From a bacterium (GTDB taxonomy: Bacteria > Patescibacteriota > Minisyncoccia > Phycocordibacterales > UBA5272), in contig JAYSVC010000011.1 in NCBI GenBank assembly GCA_043718735.1, positions 1 to 58,514 on the forward strand: a stretch of DNA of 58,514 nucleotides, read 5' to 3'. The notes under the pieces were generated by a model. The model searched no databases. It was not told the origin of the DNA and worked only from the letters and a program-made list of their open reading frames with translations. The position numbers and the translations under genes were made by a program. Of this stretch, positions 1-8,297 are shown one piece after another (the stretch's first letter is position 1; every line of letters begins with the position of its first letter).

Positions 1-38
1 CGCCACTTTTTCTGTGTTTTTGTTTTCATTTCATTTTA

Positions 39-1073
39 GTGTATAATAAAGCTAATAAATATATGTTTAAAACAGTAAAGCTTGGTATTGATCTTGGAAC
101 CGCTAATATACTAGTCTACGTGCCTGGTCGTGGCGTTGTTTTAAATGAGCCATCAGTAGTAGCTATACGTGAAGGTGATAAAAAAATATTAGCCATAGGA
201 GTAGATGCAAAAGAGATGGTGGGTAAAACTCCAGATGACATAGTGGCTTACAGGCCAATGCGTAATGGAGTTATAGCAGATTACAGAGTAACTGAGGCCA
301 TGTTACGTCACTATATCAACAAAGCATTATCAAAATGGAATATCTGGAAGCCGGACGTGATGGTAAGTGTGCCAGCAGGAGTGACGAGCACCGAGAGGCG
401 TGCAGTGATAGAAGCTGCTATGCGTGCCGGTGCTCGTAATGCATACGTAGTGAAGGAGCCGATACTCGCAGCCATAGGAGCTGGTATACCGATACACGAA
501 GCAAAAGGAAGAATGATAGTAGATATTGGTGGTGGTACAACTGATGTCGCTGTGATATCGCTCGGAGGTATAGTATGTAGCACGAGCGTCAAATGTGCTG
601 GAAATAAAATAGACCAAGCCATAGTCGATAGTATTAAAAAAAATCATAACTTAGCGATAGGCGAGCAGATGGCTGAGACGATAAAAATAACAATAGGTTC
701 AGCACTTCCAGTTGAAGATGAATTAAGGATGAATATAAAAGGTCGTGATTATGTTTCTGGTTTACCTAAAACCATAGAAATAGGTACAAATGAAATAGTA
801 AAAGCCATAGACAAGGAGTTGCGTATAATAATAAAAGCAATAAAAGATGTATTACAAGATACTCCACCAGAGCTCGCCAGTGACATTATAGACAATGGAA
901 TCATTATGAGTGGTGGCTCGTCACAACTGCGTCACCTGCCAGACCTAGTAGAGAGGAAATGTAATGTAAAAGCAGTGCTGGCTGATGATGCATTATTCTG
1001 TGTGGCTAAGGGTACTGGAGAAGCATTAAAACATTTAGATGTATACAAAAAATCTGTGATTACAAAGAGGTAG
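39..1073 (+). CDS. mreB: Rod-shape-determining actin homologue MreB
   Basis: Actin/Hsp70-fold phosphate motifs GIDLGTANILVY and DIGGGTTDVAVIS; MreB-like over the full length. The true start is probably the second Met at nt 63 (MFKTVKLGIDLG). Confidence 0.9.
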   Translation: MYNKANKYMFKTVKLGIDLGTANILVYVPGRGVVLNEPSVVAIREGDKKILAIGVDAKEMVGKTPDDIVAYRPMRNGVIADYRVTEAMLRHYINKALSKWNIWKPDVMVSVPAGVTSTERRAVIEAAMRAGARNAYVVKEPILAAIGAGIPIHEAKGRMIVDIGGGTTDVAVISLGGIVCSTSVKCAGNKIDQAIVDSIKKNHNLAIGEQMAETIKITIGSALPVEDELRMNIKGRDYVSGLPKTIEIGTNEIVKAIDKELRIIIKAIKDVLQDTPPELASDIIDNGIIMSGGSSQLRHLPDLVERKCNVKAVLADDALFCVAKGTGEALKHLDVYKKSVITKR

Positions 1074-1088
1074 TATTTATTTAAAAAT

Positions 1089-1679
1089 ATGCATAATTAT
1101 TTATCGAAAATAAAATCTCACGCTACAATAATAATTGGTAATGAAAATGTTTATAATGATTTGAAACAAGAAATTATAGATAGTAATTTTCTATGTTTAG
1201 CTTTTGATTATAATGCTGAAGATAAAGATGCTAAGACTTTAAAATTAGATGATTTAGAAAAGATAAAAAACTTTTTAGCCAATAAAAGCAGCGAAGTCAG
1301 ATATGTAGTCACTAACAGAAACATGCGTCTCACCGTCCTTCAAAATGCTATGCTAAAAATGTTAGAAGAGGCTACAGAAACTACAAAGATAATTTTTGTA
1401 GTAGGTACTATAAGTTATTTTATATCAACTGTTTTATCTAGAGTGCAAATCCTAGATTCCAATTCAGAATTATTTGCAAATAACAATAATCTAGAAAATA
1501 AAGAAGACAAAGAAGATAGAAAAACAAAAACTAATCAAAACATATTTTCAACTTATAAAAAGAAGTTAATATTAGCAAAAGACTTTTATAATTTAGAAAA
1601 GTTATTACAAATAGAAAATCTAAATAGCAGAGGATTGATTTCAGAAAAACAACTTATTGATTACTTAGCTTTGATTTAA
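1089..1679 (+). CDS. Degenerate clamp-loader delta-prime (HolB)-like protein
   Basis: The block LQNAMLKMLEEATETTKIIFVVGTISYFISTVLSRVQIL resembles the AANALLKTLEEP...TI.SRCQ region of DNA pol III delta-prime. There is no Walker A. Weak call. Confidence 0.4.
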   Translation: MHNYLSKIKSHATIIIGNENVYNDLKQEIIDSNFLCLAFDYNAEDKDAKTLKLDDLEKIKNFLANKSSEVRYVVTNRNMRLTVLQNAMLKMLEEATETTKIIFVVGTISYFISTVLSRVQILDSNSELFANNNNLENKEDKEDRKTKTNQNIFSTYKKKLILAKDFYNLEKLLQIENLNSRGLISEKQLIDYLALI

Positions 1680-1786
1680 GAAGTTTTTTGCTTTTATATT
1701 AACTATATTTGTAGTATAATATGAAAAGAAATAATAATTTAAATACTTTAAAATAAATTAATATATTATAAAAATAAAATAAAAAT

Positions 1787-2341
1787 ATGTATACATTTAA
1801 TAGTTTTGATGAAGAGATAAAAAATGCAATGGAGAGACTGGCGACAGAAATGAAAAGTATACAAACAGGACGTGCGACACCAATGGTGTTAGACAATGTT
1901 TACATCGATGCTTATGGATCTAAGATGCAAATAAGTCATGTGGCTAGTATAGGGTTAGAAGATGCTAAGACACTACTAGTTACTCCATATGATAAAAGTG
2001 TTATGAAGGATTTGGAGCAGGGTATCAACGATGCTAATCTTGGCTTGTCTGTGGCCGCAGGTAGTGAGGGGTTACGTGTGATATTCCCAATGTTAACTAC
2101 TGAGCGTAGAACACAATATGTAAAAATAGTAAAAGATCAATTAGAAGACGCTAGAATAAAAATCAGAGGTGTGCGTGAAGATGCAAAAAAAGAAATAGAA
2201 AATAAAGCAAAAGAGGGTGCATACGGAGAAGATGATAAAAAAAGATTCCTAGACACATTACAAGCAAAAGTAGATAAAGCAAACAGTGATGCGGAACTTG
2301 CTTTTAAAAGCAAAGAGTCAGAAATAATGGGAGACAATTAA
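1787..2341 (+). CDS. frr: Ribosome recycling factor
   Basis: 184 aa, RRF-like throughout (GRATPMVLDNV..., LRVIFPMLTTERRTQYVKIVK); typical size. Confidence 0.9.
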   Translation: MYTFNSFDEEIKNAMERLATEMKSIQTGRATPMVLDNVYIDAYGSKMQISHVASIGLEDAKTLLVTPYDKSVMKDLEQGINDANLGLSVAAGSEGLRVIFPMLTTERRTQYVKIVKDQLEDARIKIRGVREDAKKEIENKAKEGAYGEDDKKRFLDTLQAKVDKANSDAELAFKSKESEIMGDN

Positions 2342-2362
2342 TTTTTATATTTTTAAAACATT

Positions 2363-3463
2363 ATGCTTACAACTTTATTTTTATTCCTAGCAGTTTTAGT
2401 TACTCTTGTCATGATACATGAGTTCGGACATTACGCTGCAGCTAAGATATGTGGCATGCGTGTCGAGGAGTTTGCTTTTGGTTTTCCTCCAAGATTATTT
2501 TCTAAGAAAATAGGTGAGACAGAATACAGTATAAACATGTTACCTATTGGTGGATATGTAAAGATAACCGGTGAGAGTTTTGACGAGCAAGAGAGGGAGA
2601 AAAATAAAAATGATATAAAAGCTTTTCAGAATAAAAATAGATTAGCCCAAGTATTTGTATTGTCAGCTGGAATAATTATGAATTTAATTTTAGCTTTTGC
2701 TATCTTTGCCTTTACTAATACGGGAGAAGAATATATAAAGGCTGATGATATTAATTACTCGTCATACATTAAAAATCCTAAGATAATAGTGAGTAGTGTA
2801 TCACCGAATTCACCGAGTAAGACAGCAGGAATAACTTCTGGCGATGAGGTGTTGGAGTTCAGGGCTGGTGGAGACATTGCTGATTTGAAAAGTGTAGTTA
2901 GTGTTATTGATTTAGTTAAAAGAAATAATGAGTCCGACATCAAAATAGTTTTTAAAAAAGAAAATGGTGAGGTGGTAACTAGTACAGTCAGGGCGGTATT
3001 TGGAGTAACTCCTGACAGAAAAAGTATAGGTATGGGTGTTATATATGCAGAAAAAGTAAAATTATCTTTTTTGGATAGTGTTAAAAAAGGTTTTTTTGAT
3101 ACAAAATATTATACAGTGGAAACTGTTAAAAGTTATTATGATTTATTTGCAAAACTTTTTACTGGAAATAATGTCTTGTCTTCTCTTAGTGGTCCAGTGG
3201 GTATAGCAAAAGCAGTTGGTAACGCTAGTCAGAATAACTTAGATGATTTTTTGTCTTTTGTAGCTTTGCTTTCAATTAACCTTGCTGTCTTTAATGCATT
3301 GCCATTGCCAGCGCTTGATGGGGGTAGGATATTATTCGTGTTATACGAGTCGATAAGTAGAAGAAAAATAAATATGAATTTTCAGTACTATACTAATCTG
3401 CTAGGTTTTATATTTTTAATTGGACTTATGCTTACTGTTACTTTTTTTGATATATTTAAATAA
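2363..3463 (+). CDS. rseP: RseP-type M50 site-2 zinc metalloprotease
   Basis: HEFGHY zinc motif in the first TM helix, a central PDZ-like segment, and the C-terminal NALPLPALDGG motif. Confidence 0.85.
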   Translation: MLTTLFLFLAVLVTLVMIHEFGHYAAAKICGMRVEEFAFGFPPRLFSKKIGETEYSINMLPIGGYVKITGESFDEQEREKNKNDIKAFQNKNRLAQVFVLSAGIIMNLILAFAIFAFTNTGEEYIKADDINYSSYIKNPKIIVSSVSPNSPSKTAGITSGDEVLEFRAGGDIADLKSVVSVIDLVKRNNESDIKIVFKKENGEVVTSTVRAVFGVTPDRKSIGMGVIYAEKVKLSFLDSVKKGFFDTKYYTVETVKSYYDLFAKLFTGNNVLSSLSGPVGIAKAVGNASQNNLDDFLSFVALLSINLAVFNALPLPALDGGRILFVLYESISRRKINMNFQYYTNLLGFIFLIGLMLTVTFFDIFK

Positions 3464-3564
3464 TTTAAAATAAAATTAGAATATAAAACAAAAATAAAGT
3501 GTAATTCTAATATTATAAAATCTGTGTATAATTCACTTTATAATTTGCTTATATTTAATATTTT

Positions 3565-3573
3565 TGCTATAAT
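3565..3573 (+). promoter_or_regulatory. Extended -10 box TGCTATAAT
   Basis: TGnTATAAT about 85 nt upstream of the ATG at 3658. Confidence 0.45.
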
Positions 3574-3657
3574 CTATGCACATTAGATTAAAAGATTTAT
3601 TTTTTATTCTGATGTTGTATCGCTCTTTTAATGGTTATAATTTTAAGGAGAAGTCTA

Positions 3658-4014
3658 ATGAAAAAATCTCTCGTCTTTGCTGGCATGATGCTAGCAGCAC
3701 TCGCATTATCTGCGTCAGCCGCAGAAATGCCCGGCCCCGAGCCTAACAAGCAAACATTGTTTGCTTTCACCAATACTAACAATGGCCATGCTGTGTTAGT
3801 CGCACTCGCCCCAAATGAAACTGCAGGGAATATGCAGTCATCTGGATTTATGATCGTCACCGGTCTTGCTTTGGATAAAAAGCCTCGCTACATTGATCTT
3901 TCTGATCTCAAGCCTATCTTTGGGTCTCTTGCACCAAAACGCTTGGGTAGCGCTACATTTGCGAGCTTGACGAATCCGCGTGAGCTACATCCGGAAGGTT
4001 ACTTGAAAATGTAA
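3658..4014 (+). CDS. Small secreted protein of unknown function (GC-rich, SD-bearing)
   Basis: Trimmed from ORF 3631..4014 to the Met preceded by AAGGAG. Signal-peptide-like N-terminus MKKSLVFAGMMLAALALSASAAE. Visibly higher G+C than its neighbours. Confidence 0.6.
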   Translation: MKKSLVFAGMMLAALALSASAAEMPGPEPNKQTLFAFTNTNNGHAVLVALAPNETAGNMQSSGFMIVTGLALDKKPRYIDLSDLKPIFGSLAPKRLGSATFASLTNPRELHPEGYLKM

Positions 4015-4176
4015 TCCTGCTGGTCAATCATGTTAACCTTAACCCCTTTGATAAAAATATTAATTTATTTTTGTTAAGGGGGTTTTATTTTGTTTAATTT
4101 TTCTTAAAAATATGTTATATTGTGTTTATAATAATTAATATCTACCTATCGTGCACAAGTAGTAAAGATAAAAAAT

Positions 4177-5097
4177 ATGCAAAAAGAGGTTTCAAATAAA
4201 AGATTCAAGGTTTTACTTTTTTATAAATACGTTACTATTAGTAATGCAAAAGAAATGATGGAATTACATCGTGCCGTGTGTGAAGTGCTCGACCTAAAAG
4301 GTAGGATTATAGTAGCCGAAGAGGGAATTAATGGCACAGTAGAGGGAAGCGTAGAAAACACAGAAAAGTATATTACTTTTATCAGAAAAGATAAAAGATT
4401 TAAAAACATGGATATAAAAGAAAGTGAAGGTAATGGGAATGCTTTTCCAAAATTATCCGTGCGTGTTAGAAATGAAATAGTGGGAACCAGATTCCCTGCT
4501 CACATAGACCCAAGGAAGGGCACAGCACGTCACATACTCGCTGATGATTTGAATAAAATGTATAAGAATAATGAAGACTTTGTAGTTGTTGATATGCGTA
4601 ATGATTATGAGTTGGCTAGTGGGCAATTCAAAAATACTTTAGATATTGGTCTTAAAAATAGTCGTGAACTAACGAGTGATGAGGTTATGAATAAGCTTAG
4701 AATACATAAAGATAAAAAAATAGTCACAGTATGTACAGGAGGAGTAAGATGTGAAAAGATGGCAGCCTACTTAGTAGATCAGGGCTTTACAAATGTGAAT
4801 CAATTATACAATGGAATACATTCATATATGGAAAAGTTCCCTGGAGATGATTGGCTCGGCACACTTTACACTTTTGATCAACGTGTAACTATGCATTTTG
4901 GTGGCGACAGAGAAATTATAGGTGAGTGTTTAGATTGTAAAAATAAGACAGAAGATTATTATGATATATACGAAGATTATAAAGATAAAAATGGTAATGA
5001 TAGAAAAAAAGACACTCATGTATTACTTTGTGAGTCATGTGCAGTTGCTCGTGGTGCCACAAAGCATGCTAGTAGAAAAGAAAGTGTGTTAGTATAG
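4177..5097 (+). CDS. trhO: Rhodanese-domain tRNA uridine(34) hydroxylase (UPF0176/TrhO family)
   Basis: N-terminal UPF0176 block (LLFYKYV...GRIIVAEEGINGTVEG) and rhodanese active-site loop CTGGVRCEK. Cys-rich C-terminal tail. Confidence 0.8.
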   Translation: MQKEVSNKRFKVLLFYKYVTISNAKEMMELHRAVCEVLDLKGRIIVAEEGINGTVEGSVENTEKYITFIRKDKRFKNMDIKESEGNGNAFPKLSVRVRNEIVGTRFPAHIDPRKGTARHILADDLNKMYKNNEDFVVVDMRNDYELASGQFKNTLDIGLKNSRELTSDEVMNKLRIHKDKKIVTVCTGGVRCEKMAAYLVDQGFTNVNQLYNGIHSYMEKFPGDDWLGTLYTFDQRVTMHFGGDREIIGECLDCKNKTEDYYDIYEDYKDKNGNDRKKDTHVLLCESCAVARGATKHASRKESVLV

Positions 5098-5162
5098 TTT
5101 TGTGTTTTAAAGTCTTGCTTTTTATCTTTATAAAATAGTATAATGTAAATACAAATAAAATC

Positions 5163-5453
5163 ATGTCAACAAATAACATAAAAACCACTGTGCAAAAAAA
5201 TCTAAAAGAAATATTAGTTCACGATGTTGAGGCTGCAGCTTTTCTAATTGTTTCTGTGTCATTAATTGCTAGTCTTACTTCTTTTGCTATGGATCAAAGT
5301 AAAATTGAGAAGAATCCTTCTGAAAAGGTAATTATAAAACAAATATACAATCCTCAATCAGTAGAGATAATAGATTTGGATAATGATGGTTATAATGACA
5401 TGATTATAACTCATCAAGATGGACATATTGAGCATTCATATAGTAGGAATTAG
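5163..5453 (+). CDS. Membrane-anchored hypothetical protein
   Basis: One TM helix (AAFLIVSVSLIASLTSFA) and a DLDNDGYNDMII Ca-binding/FG-GAP-like motif. Confidence 0.5.
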   Translation: MSTNNIKTTVQKNLKEILVHDVEAAAFLIVSVSLIASLTSFAMDQSKIEKNPSEKVIIKQIYNPQSVEIIDLDNDGYNDMIITHQDGHIEHSYSRN

Positions 5454-5499
5454 TTTTACTAAAATTATTTTAATTGCAAAATAATTATTTTAAAATAAA

Positions 5500-5536
5500 A
5501 AATCCCCGAGCGTAAGCGAGGGGATTTATTTTTTTG
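5500..5536. terminator. Bidirectional intrinsic terminator
   Basis: Hairpin AAATCCCC...GGGGATTT with a GUAA loop, flanked by A-run and T-run, between convergent genes. Confidence 0.65.
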
Positions 5537-5555
5537 TATTTAATATATAGAGGTG

Positions 5556-6212
5556 CTATCTTCCTGAAGTAACTAATTGAACAGCTTCTTCTCTTGCCTG
5601 CTCACAAGCAGGGAATAGGTGGGAGAAGAATGGGTGGACTTTTTCTTTTCCTAAAATCATACAGGCTTCGCGATATGCTTCTTCTTGACTGTCGCTGATA
5701 TGACATACATTCCTTATCGCTCTTGGTCCAGAGTTACCTGTCCAGGCTTTTTCAAATGAATCATTCGAGTAACGATATCGTATGGTTTCCATGGTTGCCA
5801 TGCTCGGGTCAGTGGGGCCTAAAAGTTCTCTAGCTAAATCAAAACAATCTTTGTTAGACACATAAGTGAAAATCATCGCAGACATAATCCCACTGGTCAT
5901 ATAACTGGATAAGGCAGGCATAATTGTGTCGCCATAAAGCAATGCATCCCAAGAATTTACATCTTCTATTTTTACTTTTAGGCGTGCAGCACAGATTTTT
6001 GATCCATACTTCTTCAGCCATTCAGTATTTTTTGGGTAGTGTTTCAGTACCTCTTCTGGTGTCATGTATACATCGTCTTGCAAATTACAAGTTCTCGCAC
6101 CATCCATCTCATCAATCATAAGAGATTTGATAAAGTTTTTATTTGGGTATCCATCTGGCTTTACCAGTACAAAAAGAGTTTGGATTTTTGGTTGTTTGTC
6201 TCGATCTGTCAT
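5556..6212 (-). CDS. Divergent nucleoside-diphosphate-kinase-like protein with insertions
   Basis: NDK blocks LFVLVKPDG, YMTSGIMSAMIF, LLGPTDPSMATMETIRYRY and NVCHISDS (equivalent to N..HGSDS, catalytic His). 218 aa against the usual 140-150. GGAG SD upstream and higher G+C. Confidence 0.6.
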   Translation of the reverse strand: MTDRDKQPKIQTLFVLVKPDGYPNKNFIKSLMIDEMDGARTCNLQDDVYMTPEEVLKHYPKNTEWLKKYGSKICAARLKVKIEDVNSWDALLYGDTIMPALSSYMTSGIMSAMIFTYVSNKDCFDLARELLGPTDPSMATMETIRYRYSNDSFEKAWTGNSGPRAIRNVCHISDSQEEAYREACMILGKEKVHPFFSHLFPACEQAREEAVQLVTSGR

Positions 6213-6321
6213 CGCATTTCTCCAGTATAAGTTTACGGCAATATCGCCAAAGAGCTAACTTTTACATACTACCATATGGGTATTTTTAATGCAAACATAT
6301 ATTTTTTATAATAAAAATATA

Positions 6322-6330
6322 TGTTATAAT
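6322..6330 (+). promoter_or_regulatory. Extended -10 box TGTTATAAT (serS)
   Basis: Exact TGnTATAAT upstream of serS. Confidence 0.55.
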
Positions 6331-6391
6331 AAGAGCAAGAATAAAATAATATCAAAAATAATTTTAAAAGTTAAAAAGTAAATATAAATAT

Positions 6392-7663
6392 ATGTTAGAC
6401 ATAAAATTCATAAGAGAAAATAAAGAGCTAGTTGCCATGGCTGCAAAAAAGAAAAGAATTAATTTTAATGTGGAAGACCTTTTGAAAGTTGATTCACAGA
6501 GGATAGAACTGATGCAAAAAGTAGAAGATGTAAAAGCAAAACAAAATAAAGCAAGTGAAGAGATAAGTAAAGCAAGTCCAGAAATAAGAAGCATGTTAAT
6601 AAAAGCCATGTCTGACCTAAAAGCTGATATAAAAAAAGATGAGGAAAAATTAGACAAAGTCATGATGTCTTGGCGTGACCTAATGCTTAGTGTCCCAAAT
6701 ATTCCTGACATGAGTGTTCCTGACGGAGAGAGTGATGCTGATAATGTAGAGGTAAAAAGATGGGGCGATCCTACTGAGTTTAATTTCGAAGCAAAAGACC
6801 ATGTAGAGATAATGACAAAATTAAAAATGGTAGACTTCGAACGTGGGGTCAAGGTTCATGGTTTCCGTGGTTACTTTTTAACTGGTGATGGAGTTCGCTT
6901 GTCACTTGCTATTTGGCAATATGCCATGGATTTTTGGAGTAAAAAAGGATTTACACCAGTTATACCTCCAGTAGTTGTGCGTAGAAATATTTTTATGGGC
7001 ACAGGGTATCTGCCTCAGGGTGAAGATGATTTGTATAAGACTCAAGATGGTGAATATCTGGCTGGCACTGCAGAAGTTCCGATCATGGGGATGCATGCTG
7101 ATGAGTTATTAGAAAACCTTGAGGGCAATCCTATAAAATATTTAGGATTCTCACCATGTTTTCGTCGTGAAGCAGGTAGTCACAGTAAAGATGTTAAGGG
7201 ACTAATACGTGTTCAAGAGTTCTACAAATGGGAACAGGTTGTGTTATGTGAAGCTAGTCACTCAGTCTCTGTGCAAATGCATGAAGAGATAAACAGAAAT
7301 ACAGAGGAGTTCATCGAGACTCTTGGTATACCATATCACACAGTTGTTAATTGTGGAGGTGATCTCGGTATGGGACAAGTAAAAAAGTATGACATAGAAT
7401 TATGGGTACCAAAAGAAGAAAAATATAGAGAGATATCTTCTGCTTCTTACTTTCATGATTTTCAAACTAGAAGATCTAATATAAAATATAAAAGCGCAGA
7501 TGGTAAAAATAAATTTGCCCACTCATTAAATTGTACAGCTATACCAACTCCAAGAATATTAGTATCATTAATTGAAAATTATCAAAACGCTGATGGTAGC
7601 GTTACTGTGCCAGAAGTATTACAAAAATATATGGGAAAGGAAGTTATAAAAAATAATAATTAA
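6392..7663 (+). CDS. serS: Seryl-tRNA synthetase
   Basis: N-terminal coiled-coil tRNA-binding arm and a class II core (FSPCFRREAGSHSKD motif 2). Typical 423 aa. Confidence 0.92.
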   Translation: MLDIKFIRENKELVAMAAKKKRINFNVEDLLKVDSQRIELMQKVEDVKAKQNKASEEISKASPEIRSMLIKAMSDLKADIKKDEEKLDKVMMSWRDLMLSVPNIPDMSVPDGESDADNVEVKRWGDPTEFNFEAKDHVEIMTKLKMVDFERGVKVHGFRGYFLTGDGVRLSLAIWQYAMDFWSKKGFTPVIPPVVVRRNIFMGTGYLPQGEDDLYKTQDGEYLAGTAEVPIMGMHADELLENLEGNPIKYLGFSPCFRREAGSHSKDVKGLIRVQEFYKWEQVVLCEASHSVSVQMHEEINRNTEEFIETLGIPYHTVVNCGGDLGMGQVKKYDIELWVPKEEKYREISSASYFHDFQTRRSNIKYKSADGKNKFAHSLNCTAIPTPRILVSLIENYQNADGSVTVPEVLQKYMGKEVIKNNN

Positions 7664-7673
7664 ATATAAATAT

Positions 7674-8282
7674 ATGCAAAATGACTTATACACACAAAAG
7701 GATTACTCTCACTTACTCGGAATACTTGGTTTTTCTGATACTATGTTAACTAATCATTTTACTTTGTATGCTGGCTATGTTACAAATGCCAATAAAGTAA
7801 TTGCATTATTAGACACAGTAGAAAAAGGTGGTTATGAATACGGAGAATTAAAAAGAAGATTAGGCTGGGAAGTGAATGGTATCAAGTTACATGAAATGTA
7901 TTTTGAGAACATGTGTAATAGAAAATCAGAGAATACTGAAAGTGCTGAAGAAGATATTTCTAACTTTGAAAATAATGAGAATATTAAAAATAAAATAATA
8001 GAAGCTTATGGAAGTTTTGATGAATACAAAGCAAGTCTAAAGAGGAATGGTATGACACGTGGTATCGGTTGGGTATTATTAATAGAGGACAATGATACTA
8101 AAAAAATTTTTCACACTTGGGTAGGTGAGCACAATGTAGGGAATATAATAAATAATAAAATATTAATGGTTATGGATTGCTGGGAACATGCCTACATGAC
8201 TGATTATGGTATCAAGCGTGCAGATTATATAGAAGCTTTTACAAATGCTATAGACTGGAAAGTGATAGAGGGTAGAGTATAA
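7674..8282 (+). CDS. Fe/Mn superoxide dismutase family protein
   Basis: C-terminal DCWEHAYMTDYG...DYIEAF..IDW matches the D-x-WEHAYY signature. The N-terminal domain is more divergent. Confidence 0.75.
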   Translation: MQNDLYTQKDYSHLLGILGFSDTMLTNHFTLYAGYVTNANKVIALLDTVEKGGYEYGELKRRLGWEVNGIKLHEMYFENMCNRKSENTESAEEDISNFENNENIKNKIIEAYGSFDEYKASLKRNGMTRGIGWVLLIEDNDTKKIFHTWVGEHNVGNIINNKILMVMDCWEHAYMTDYGIKRADYIEAFTNAIDWKVIEGRV

Positions 8283-8297
8283 AAATAAGAAAAAAAT

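Noticed and set aside
311-647. Two minus-strand ORFs (103 and 105 aa) inside mreB. Similar antisense or shadow ORFs in the track include 6364-6852(-) in serS, 8753-9133(-) in clpB, 13974-14639(-) in ychF, 15980-16570(-) in the GH18 gene, 36179-36980(-) in the MTase, 33099-33923(-) in rpoA and 48254-49402(+) in the PIF1 gene.
   Set aside because: Each is fully embedded antisense or out of frame within a strongly supported conserved gene. They have low-complexity or Ser/Ile/Phe-rich composition typical of shadow frames in AT-rich DNA, with no start context or promoter.
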